From Polyangiales bacterium (GTDB lineage Bacteria > Myxococcota_A > Polyangia > Polyangiales > Houyiibacteriaceae): a stretch of DNA of 56,938 bases. The translations under genes were made by a program, and so were the position numbers. The notes below the pieces were generated by a model, which made no database searches, was not told the DNA's origin, and was given only the letters and a program-made list of their open reading frames with translations. The stretch spans positions 1 through 56,938 of the forward strand of contig JBGCFM010000162.1 in the NCBI GenBank assembly GCA_045106895.1, in the 5' to 3' direction. This document shows, piece after piece, positions 18,464-27,100 of the stretch; the first letter of the stretch is position 1, and each line of letters opens with the position of its first letter.

Positions 18464-18976
18464 CTAGGCGGCGGGCGGCCCGCGGGCGCGGAGCGCTGAA
18501 ACAACACGGGGAAGCGCGAGCGTTAAGTCGTTCGCTTGCGCTTGGAGGGGGAGCGCCTCGTGACGGGCAGGGACGAGGGGCGGGAGCGGCGGAGCCGCAG
18601 CGGCGAGGTCGCGGTGGGCGAGGCTGTGTGTGCCATGGCCCGGCTCATTGGCGCGCTCGATGTGATTCGAGTCATCTTCGTCCGCATCGCCGTGGTCGTG
18701 GTCGTGACCGTGTGCCCCGTGCGCTCGCGCGTGAGCCAGATGCCGTTGGCGAAAAACCTCCGCGGAGGAATCGCCGAGGTTGCTGAGTGCGCTGTTGAGG
18801 CTCGTGCGAAAGGAGTCCGTGTCTTCCGCAACGAAAGTGGTGCCTCCGCCCTCATGAGTGTGGGCGCCGAGGGCGTGATGACCCGAAACATGAGCCACGG
18901 GGAGCAGCTCGAAGCCCAGCACCCACAGCACGACGGCGACCAAAGCACCGGTTTTTCTGAGGTTGAGGGGAATCAC
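18464..18976 (-). CDS. His-rich leader protein ending in RARGPP (DUF2946/RAPP-class arrest-peptide-like)
   Basis: N-terminal hydrophobic helix; 17 His and no Cys; Pro-rich spacer; C-terminus LRARGPPAA*. Start uncertain (GTG 18976 or ATG 19027). Confidence 0.8.
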   Translation of the reverse strand: MIPLNLRKTGALVAVVLWVLGFELLPVAHVSGHHALGAHTHEGGGTTFVAEDTDSFRTSLNSALSNLGDSSAEVFRQRHLAHARAHGAHGHDHDHGDADEDDSNHIERANEPGHGTHSLAHRDLAAAAPPLPPLVPARHEALPLQAQANDLTLALPRVVSALRARGPPAA

Positions 18977-19076
18977 GGGGGTCACTGAGTGAGGGGTACG
19001 CGCGAGAGGCGATCCGAGACCGAACATGACAGAAAAAACAGAAGAATGCTGCTTTTCACGCCCCCGAGTGCTCTGC

Positions 19077-19946
19077 CTAGCGACATCGCGGCCGAGGTTT
19101 GTCCTCGGCGACGTAGGCTTCGTAGAGCCCGGCGCATTCAAGGGGGCTCATCTGCAGCAGCTCGGCGACGAGCCCATGCACCGCCTGGAGGGTGCGCTTT
19201 GGCTCCAGATCGCCACGGCTCAACCAGCTCCGCGCCTTCGCGGACGCCTCATCGACGCGGACGTTCCATTCCACTTCCGAGAGAAAACACGCCTCGGCCA
19301 AGAAGCCCTCAAGGGCAGACTCACGCACCGCCGAATGAGACGAGAGCCCTTCGAAAGCGGCCCGGCGGCGCCCATCGATGAAGAGCCCCCGGCGCTGAGC
19401 GACCCCAAAGGTCCAGGTGGTGAAGTGCCGAACATGCTCGACGCTGGGCTCCCTCAGCATCGGCGCTCCAAGGGCGTGGGCCCCCAAGAAGTCCGTGCGT
19501 TGATTCAGACCGTGGAAATGCAGGAAGCTCGGCCACTCGGCTTTGTCTTCCACCACCGCGAGGTGCACAGGCATGAGTCCAGCCGTCGGTGCGACCCCGA
19601 AGGTCTGCTGCCAAAGGGGCCACGGCAGCCCATCCGCCACGGAGGCGAGGGCCTGTTCCAGCGCGCTGACCTCGAGCTGAAGCTTGGTCATGTCGGCGCG
19701 GGCTTCAGCGAGGAAGTGCTCGATGGAAATGCAGCCCATCTTCTCGAGGACCTCACTCAACGGGAGCTTCAGCTCCTCCGCCAGCCGCTCCAGGCCGCCC
19801 GGGGCCTCGAACAAGTCGAGCTCCGCTTGGCTCCCGCCGACCTGCGCCAAGATCCCGCGGACGCTCTGTTCAAGCCAGCGAAGAAGCTCCGCAGCGTCGG
19901 CTTCGTCAAAGTCCGTCGCGGCGCCTGGAGTGGAGAGCTTGGGCAT
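19077..19946 (-). CDS. Hypothetical protein
   Basis: Globular-looking ORF starting 11 nt after the macroglobulin-like gene stop on the same strand; ATG 19946. Confidence 0.65.
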   Translation of the reverse strand: MPKLSTPGAATDFDEADAAELLRWLEQSVRGILAQVGGSQAELDLFEAPGGLERLAEELKLPLSEVLEKMGCISIEHFLAEARADMTKLQLEVSALEQALASVADGLPWPLWQQTFGVAPTAGLMPVHLAVVEDKAEWPSFLHFHGLNQRTDFLGAHALGAPMLREPSVEHVRHFTTWTFGVAQRRGLFIDGRRRAAFEGLSSHSAVRESALEGFLAEACFLSEVEWNVRVDEASAKARSWLSRGDLEPKRTLQAVHGLVAELLQMSPLECAGLYEAYVAEDKPRPRCR

Positions 19947-19957
19947 CGCGCCGGAGA

Positions 19958-22900
19958 CTACCAGCTCTCTGGCACCTCCATCACGCGCGGCTGTGTCGCC
20001 GTGACCTGCCATGGCTTGCTGACCTCCCAAGCCGCGACGGACATGGTGCGTTCGCCGGCGCCGACCCAATAGAGCGGCAGCGAGAGACGTCGCTCTGTGC
20101 CTTCTTCCATCGCGCCAAGGCTTAGTCTCAAGCCCCCAGCCACAGCGCGCACCCCCGTGACCCCCTCGGCCAGGCCCAGCACGCGCACTGCAGCGCGCGT
20201 CTGCACCGCCGCTGGCAGATTGATGGCAACCTCACTCCGCTCTGCGCCATCGGGCGCGCGCACGATGAGCTCAAAGGACGCGAGCGACTGAGACACGCCC
20301 GGCTCCCCGTTCAGCTCCAGCTGCAAGGGTGACTCTTGGCGAGCCGTCTCGGGCAGCTCGTATCGGGCCTCCACGCGTACAAGTGCGTTGCCTTCGGACT
20401 CGACGCGGAGCTCGACGTTTTCTTCGGCGGCGAAGGAGAAGCGCGCGCGCCCCTCGTCCATCGGCAGTCGATGTGTGCGACCGTTTCGGTGCACGATGAC
20501 ATCACCCGAGGAACGTCCAAACACGCCGTAGACAGAAGCGGCGAGGTGCCAGAACGCCGCTTCGGGGCTGACCTGCGCATGAAGGGGTCGACGCCGCATC
20601 CATCGCTCATCGAAGGCCACCTGCTCGCCCGTGGCGTGGCGCGCGAGGGCTCGGATGAGGCTGGGGAACGCCGTGTGGCGCACGCTTGGCAAGGCTTGGG
20701 CGCGCTGAAGGGCGGCCAACCCATTGCGGTCAGCGGGGTCGGCGAGGAGCAAACCCGCGGCCTGAAGCGCGACGTCTCGAGGGTCCTCTGAGTCGCCCTC
20801 GCGCAATCGTCGGCGAAGGGTCTCGACCCATCGTCCGACGGCATCGCTGGCGCCCGAGGCCGAGGGCGCTGCGAGGGGGCCCACCGCCGCGAGCATCGCC
20901 GCTGTGTTCTCGTCTGCGCTCGGCAAATTCGCCGTCAGCGACGCCAGCGCCGCCCGCGCCTCATCGCTGTCGATGGCGCTCCAAACGACGAGCGCGCAGG
21001 CGCGGTCAAGAGCAGAAGTCGGCGGCTCTTCTCGAAGGGCTCGGAGCTCTTCGGAGTCTGGTCTGCGACCTGCGAGTGTATCCGCCCAAGTCGACAGGGC
21101 GGGCCTCCTTCGAACGAGCGCGCGGAGTGCCGTGTCCAGCGTCGCGCGCTCCGGCGCCACGGCCAGAACATCCACCTGCGCAGCCGCTGGGACACCAAAG
21201 CGAACGTCCCACGGAGCCTGGGCGCTCACGCGCTGGCCCGCACGCTGCAGGCGCGAGATACCGCGCGGGAGAATGCGTACTTCGTGGACACTCTCCGTGA
21301 GCACCCTGCCTTCCGACACGAGTCGTATTCGAGCACTCGCGACGCTCTCGGCCCGCGGGGTTAGCACGGCGATCCCGCGGAGCGCTCGCGTCGCGCTCAG
21401 TACGCCGCTCGGCGAGCCTTGCCAGGTCACGTCGAGGCCCTCGGCTTCGATCTCGATGGTGGCCTCCTGTCCCTCACTGGAACGTTCGCCCACGAAAGAG
21501 ACCGGCAACGCCAAGGTGCTCCCGCGGCGCAACTCCGTTGGGAATGGACTCGTCAGCAAAGCCTGTGGCGGCCGCCGCTCCGACCGGCGGCGCGTCAGCG
21601 TCCGACGGATGCCGTCGAAACGGTACTCGAGGACCGCTCCATCGAAGCTCGGCGTGTCGCCCTCGCCGAGTAGCTCCGCACGAGGCTCCAGGCCCGCACG
21701 AACCAGAGGATTTGGCAGCGGAAACCCGCCCGCGGTGGACGTTTCGCTCGAGGCGCCCGGTGACCCAAGGAGGAGCGCGTTGCCCAGCGCCACACCTTGA
21801 AGCTGTCGCACGATGCGCTCTTCGTTCATCGCGCGCGCGTAGAGACTTCCGGCTGGCAGCACCCGCGCGCTTGGATCCCAAACGTCATCGGCGTTTCCGA
21901 ATCGACCATCCGGTCCAGCGCTCACGAGTTCCCAGCCGCGCACCGGGTCGATACCGCCAAAGCGCGAGTCACGACGCTGAAAACGGAGAGGACGCCCCCA
22001 ACCGTCTTTGCGTGCGTCAAGGCCCTGACTCTGCATCTCGACCCACCAGTCGTTCGGCGAACCCTGTCGCGCGAAGGGCATGTCGAGTTCGCGCTCGCGC
22101 ACGAAGGTTTGAACGTACTGCAGCACGTGCAGAAGGCGCTCGCGTGTCACACGGCGCGCCACGTTCTCGAAGCGAAAGTTCGGCGCCATCGCACGCAGCG
22201 AGTCGAGGCGGAGTTCGCGCCCGCCGAGGTCGTGGCGACCTTCCATGCCAAGGTCACCGTCTTCGAGCATGGCCTCCAGAGCCGACGCCGTGAACACGGC
22301 TTGCCCCCCCTGGCGGCGGGTTACACCTTCGGGACCATGTGACGCGATGTACTCTTCCACTGCGCGAAACACGAGGCCGAGGCGACCGGTGCGGAAACGC
22401 GCGCGCAAGCGGTGCGCATCACGAAGTAGACCCCGCGCGGCGGCGTTGTTCGGCCTGCGGACGGACGTCACTTCGCCATCGCGGAGCACGTAGGGCGCGG
22501 CTAGGTCACGCGGAGTTTGCGCAGCGATGGAAGACGCAAAGGCGGCTTCGCTCATGGGCTCTCGTTGTGGGCGCGCGTATGCCGTCGCGTGATCCACCGC
22601 GATACGACGGACTGTTCCGCCCTCGCTTTCGACGAACGGCGCTCCTACCCGGACGAGATCGCCTCGGACTTCACGAGCGTTCATCATCAAGCGCGCGCGC
22701 ACCTCGAGGAGAGGGCTGCCTTCGACCTGAAGGCCCGCCTCGGGGATCTCGACTTCACTCTCCCGCGTCACGAGCTGAACGATGGGCTCAAGGCGTCGCT
22801 CGCCGTCGCGAACGCGGTACACGCTGATGGAGACGGGCACTCGCTCAAGATTTGACCTTCGTGCGATGGTCACGGCCAAGCTCGAAGGGCGACGCTCAGC

Positions 22901-24160
22901 GCGAACTCGCAGCGCGCCGTCGGCATCGACGGGCAAACAGAGCGGGTTGACCTCCCCACCCGTCACCACCTCGACGGCGACGGCGGAAATCCCGCCACAG
23001 CGATCCAAGCCTCCGGGGGCCAACATGACCTCGACGCGTGCGACGCCTTGGGCGTCGCTCCGCGCGCTCTGCTCCGTGAAACGCGCGCCGCGAAGAGTGA
23101 GTTCCTGGTTCGGCCGTGCGTGTCCATCGACGCCGACGACATGCAGGTAGACCTCCGAAGGGACGCCCGCGATGAGCGCGCCGTGCTCCGCCCGCGCCGC
23201 CACGTGGAAGGAGCGCTCTGACACGCGGATCGGGATGTGCTGAGACACCACCTCGAAGCCCGCGACGCGAACGCCGACGGTAGTAGCGCGAGTGGTCGCG
23301 ACCCACGTAAAACTCGCGCGCCCCGATGCATCCGTACGAATGGGCTCCTGGGCTGTTGTCTCCGGCGCCGGCGGGACCAACAGGGCACCTTCGACGGGCA
23401 ACCCCTCAGCGTCACGCACGCTCACCTGAACAGGCACGGCGTCGCCCGGGCGAGCAGACGCTGGGCTCTCGACGTCGAGGCGTAGCGGCGCTTGAGTGGG
23501 TGCGACGAAGGTCGCCCTCGCGCGAGTGGCGTGTCCATCGAAGGAAGCCACGACATGATGCGCCCCCGTCGTCACGTCGGAGACGAACTCCGCGGCGTAG
23601 GAGCCCTCCGCGTCGGTCATGACCTGGACGTCCTGGATCAGGCGCGTGCCATGTTGAAAACGCAAGCGCACCGGGACCCTCGCCCGGCCGACGCCACGCA
23701 CGTCGCGGACACGACCCATGACGACCATGGGCAAGCCGAGGTTCACTCTCTCCGTCATCGACCGAATCGAGAGGATCGGCGCTTGGCCCCGTGTCATGCC
23801 GACGTCGAAGGTGCGCTGTCGACCCGCATGGCGAACGTCAAAGAGAATACGAAAGTCCGGCTGGTCCTCGCCGGGATGAAGCTCGACGACGGCGCGCCCA
23901 TCGCTCCCCGTGACCACCTCCGCGGCGTGGGTCCCTGGCTGATAGGACACGATCACACGAATCTGGGCGCCCGCGGCGGGTGTGAGCTCGCCGCGGCGAA
24001 TCTCAAACGCCGTCGCGAAGAAACGAAGCGGCTGCCCCGCGACGAAGTGCAAGCTTCCCTCGAGGGTCAACTCGAGACCATCCGGCGCCTGCGTTTGTCC
24101 TTGTGCAAAAGACGGCATCGTCGCCGCCACGAACGCCAAGACCTGCCATAGACGCTTCAT
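19958..24160 (-). CDS. Alpha-2-macroglobulin-like secreted protein, paralog 2 (no thioester)
   Basis: Signal peptide; repeated MG/Ig-like TDxxG beta-sandwich segments; collinear similarity to upstream paralog; DGWGRP..LVSAGPDGRFGNADD insert; no CxEQ. Confidence 0.75.
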   Translation of the reverse strand: MKRLWQVLAFVAATMPSFAQGQTQAPDGLELTLEGSLHFVAGQPLRFFATAFEIRRGELTPAAGAQIRVIVSYQPGTHAAEVVTGSDGRAVVELHPGEDQPDFRILFDVRHAGRQRTFDVGMTRGQAPILSIRSMTERVNLGLPMVVMGRVRDVRGVGRARVPVRLRFQHGTRLIQDVQVMTDAEGSYAAEFVSDVTTGAHHVVASFDGHATRARATFVAPTQAPLRLDVESPASARPGDAVPVQVSVRDAEGLPVEGALLVPPAPETTAQEPIRTDASGRASFTWVATTRATTVGVRVAGFEVVSQHIPIRVSERSFHVAARAEHGALIAGVPSEVYLHVVGVDGHARPNQELTLRGARFTEQSARSDAQGVARVEVMLAPGGLDRCGGISAVAVEVVTGGEVNPLCLPVDADGALRVRAERRPSSLAVTIARRSNLERVPVSISVYRVRDGERRLEPIVQLVTRESEVEIPEAGLQVEGSPLLEVRARLMMNAREVRGDLVRVGAPFVESEGGTVRRIAVDHATAYARPQREPMSEAAFASSIAAQTPRDLAAPYVLRDGEVTSVRRPNNAAARGLLRDAHRLRARFRTGRLGLVFRAVEEYIASHGPEGVTRRQGGQAVFTASALEAMLEDGDLGMEGRHDLGGRELRLDSLRAMAPNFRFENVARRVTRERLLHVLQYVQTFVRERELDMPFARQGSPNDWWVEMQSQGLDARKDGWGRPLRFQRRDSRFGGIDPVRGWELVSAGPDGRFGNADDVWDPSARVLPAGSLYARAMNEERIVRQLQGVALGNALLLGSPGASSETSTAGGFPLPNPLVRAGLEPRAELLGEGDTPSFDGAVLEYRFDGIRRTLTRRRSERRPPQALLTSPFPTELRRGSTLALPVSFVGERSSEGQEATIEIEAEGLDVTWQGSPSGVLSATRALRGIAVLTPRAESVASARIRLVSEGRVLTESVHEVRILPRGISRLQRAGQRVSAQAPWDVRFGVPAAAQVDVLAVAPERATLDTALRALVRRRPALSTWADTLAGRRPDSEELRALREEPPTSALDRACALVVWSAIDSDEARAALASLTANLPSADENTAAMLAAVGPLAAPSASGASDAVGRWVETLRRRLREGDSEDPRDVALQAAGLLLADPADRNGLAALQRAQALPSVRHTAFPSLIRALARHATGEQVAFDERWMRRRPLHAQVSPEAAFWHLAASVYGVFGRSSGDVIVHRNGRTHRLPMDEGRARFSFAAEENVELRVESEGNALVRVEARYELPETARQESPLQLELNGEPGVSQSLASFELIVRAPDGAERSEVAINLPAAVQTRAAVRVLGLAEGVTGVRAVAGGLRLSLGAMEEGTERRLSLPLYWVGAGERTMSVAAWEVSKPWQVTATQPRVMEVPESW

Positions 24161-27100
24161 TGTCCGCCTCCAATCTCGAGCCGCTGAGGTGCATGCACAG
24201 CGAAGGCGTCGGGTCGCGCTTGGGGGAAGGCGTAGACGCCGAGTCCTTCCATCGTCCCCGCCGCTCCGAAACGTAGCGCCACGGGGATGCGCCGCTCACG
24301 GCCCGGAAAAAGCGCGCTTAGATGAAGGACGAGGGTGCCTTCCTGGATCGTCGCTTCGTAGTCCGCACGCAGTCGCTCCAGGCACGTGGATTCCAGAGTC
24401 GCGCCGGCAGGTAGGTCGATGTGAACTGTGGTGCGCCGGAGCATTCGCGGGCTGCGGTTTCGAACGCGAACGGTCCACTCGCCGCGCCCATCGAGGGCGA
24501 GGTCCTCGCTCGCTTCGTCCCGCTCGAGAATGAGCGGGGAGTGTTCCGCCGAGGTCCAAGGCTGCGTCACGCTCACGCGAAGCCACGCTCGAAACACGCC
24601 GCGCGCTTGGAGCCGCAGTGTATCGCCGGCGGCGATGGTCAACTCTTGTGTCCCACGTCCCTGCTCCAAGGCCAGCGTGCGCTCTTGGGCGCCAGTCTGA
24701 ATAGCAACGCTGCGCGCCGTACCTAGACGCACCGCGACAACACGCGCCATCGCCCGAGGGATGTCCGTGAGGACATTCGCTTCGGCGTTTTCCGTCGACA
24801 TCGTTCGGATGAGCGCCCCGGCTTCGCCAAGCTCACCAAGTAGAACATCGGCGTACGCGAGAAACGCCGAGGCCCACATCTTGTGGCCACGCTCGGACTC
24901 TGGGACCCAGACCGCCGATCCGACCTGCACCATCTCTCGGCGCACGCGACGGGCGAACTCCTCGGCCTGCGCGCGGTGACGCGGCTCACCCAGGGTCATC
25001 AAGATCGCTGCTGCCAGCGCCTGGAGCTCCACCTTGGCGGTGTCCTCCGATGCTGCTTCGATGAGCCCGTCGATCTGAACGCGGGCGAAACGCTCAAGCG
25101 CCGAACGAATCGCTGGGCGACGCGTGAGGTCACGGAGCGCGGGCGCGGCACCCAGAAGCCACACGCCATCCATCAAGCTGCCTTGTGTCTCATACGCCTC
25201 GATCACTTCGCGGATCGCATCGTCCGTGAGCTCCGGGCTTCGCCAAGCGACGCTGAGCGCTCGCCCATCGAGGGGGTCGTCGCCGGAGAGAGTGTCGATG
25301 CTCTCGGCCATCATCGCCGGCCGGGGCTGGCGCTCCGCGAGCACATGACCCCAAGCGACCCAGGCGGGTTCTTGGAGCGCGTATATCGCCGCGCCCGACT
25401 CGACGAAGAGCGTGGCCTCGGCTCTCGCCGGCGCGTCGATGCGGATCTCGGCTTCATGGACGTGCACTTCGTCGATGCTGATCTCGCGGCGAAGGCCGCG
25501 TGGGCGCACATGCACAGCGCTGCGAAGCCTGTCGCCGGAACCGGCGGCACCGAGAGCGCGGATGACGATGTGTCCATCCCCCGACGTGCCGATGTTGAGC
25601 GGTACGAATGTTCGGGCGCGTCCTCCGGCGGCGACGTCGAGTGAGCGCGCCTCGCCGCTCTGGGCGAGCTCGCCGGCGTCGACGCTCACCCGGAGCCTCT
25701 CGCCTTCGCTCGTGGAGTTCGCTATCCGGATGGGGAGGCGCAACACGTCTCCCATCGTGGCCACGGAGGGTGAGCTCGCTTGGACCGCGACGGGCAAGTG
25801 GGTCTCAAAGCGGGTCCGCGCAGAGGATCGCCAGCCGTTCGACTGCCAGTGAATGACCTCGACGAGGAACGTGGTGGCGGAAGGCGGGAGGTCGATGTTG
25901 ACCCGGGCCCTACCCTGCGCGTCCGTAGGCATCGCCGGAAGGAAGTGGACCGTGCCCGGGAGGTTGTCGCGAACAGCGCCGAGGATCGAAGACCCCGGCA
26001 TTGGGGCAACGCTCGCGGCTCCGCTTCGAATGCGCGGCGTACGTGAGCTGCGCCCCCCGAAACCTCCAGCGCCGCGGCCATATCCGGACCCGCCGCCGTG
26101 GCCGATCGTTCCGATGCCCATCAAGCCGATGGAGCCCTCATCCACCGTCAAGGCCGCACCATGGGCGGCATCTCCATTGTAGTCCTCGCGCATCGCAGGC
26201 GTCATTCGGTCGAAGGCGCGAGCCATGGCGAGGAGCGCTTCTCCGCCTACGCTCATCAAGGAGATGGTGCGCATGCGATCGTCTTCACCAGAGGCCACCG
26301 CGTAGGGGGTCCCTTCCGCGACGACGCGGCCAAAGGGATCAACGATGTCGTCTCGGGTCCCAAGCCGGCCATCCGGCCCAGGAAAGGCAAGGGTCTCCGC
26401 GGTGCTCTCGAAGAAGCTGTGCACGCCAGCGGGCCGAGAGCGAAAACCAACGACGCCTCCCCAGGGATCCATGGTGTCCGACGTGGAAACGGCGCCGCTC
26501 TGAAGCAAGTGCGAGATGATCCGCGCGCTCGTGGGGACGTTGTCTTCATGAGCGACGGCGGCGGCGAGAACCCGCACCAACTGGGCGCGAGCTCGCCGGC
26601 GCGCGGCGGACTCAAAAGAGAACGAACGGTCTGCGCTTTGCAGCTGCGCAGGAGTGACCCGGCGCCCGGCAAACCCGCGCGAGTCACCGAAAACACCTGA
26701 GCGAAAGCGGCGGCGGGGACCCGTCCCTTCGGCGACGCCTTGGGGATCGGCGGCTAAGCGCTCTTCGAGGTAGCGATAGAGGCGCGCGACGCCGCGCTCT
26801 CGAAACTCCCGCGCTCGGTGGCGAGCGTCGCGTTCGAGGTTTGCCGAAGCGGCGGCGGGCAGGCGAGCGCTAAACGGGGCGAGGGCCGACGCCAGGAGCG
26901 CATGATCTGCCGGGGACTGGGGCGCGAGCATCGCGCGGCGAAAGCGACCTCCGAGGAACGACTCGCGAAAACTCGACTCGCCCCCGTGCTGCGCCAGATC
27001 GCGAACATCGACGGCGACCCACCCTGGCCCGCCCCCGTCGACCTCGACATCGACTCCGCCGTCACGAACCCGAGCGCGGGCGCTGGCGAAGTGCGGCGCC

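Noticed and set aside
19030..19062. Fur/Zur box upstream of the His-rich leader
   Set aside because: AT-rich (TGAAAAGCAGCATTC on minus strand) but not a convincing palindrome.
19026..20072. 348-aa plus-strand ORF
   Set aside because: Antisense shadow of 19077-19946, which continues the minus-strand gene run; it also overlaps the macroglobulin-like gene end.
24370..24392. CLER in macroglobulin paralog 1 as a variant thioester
   Set aside because: Has no Gln and lies in the C-terminal domain, not at the thioester-domain position.
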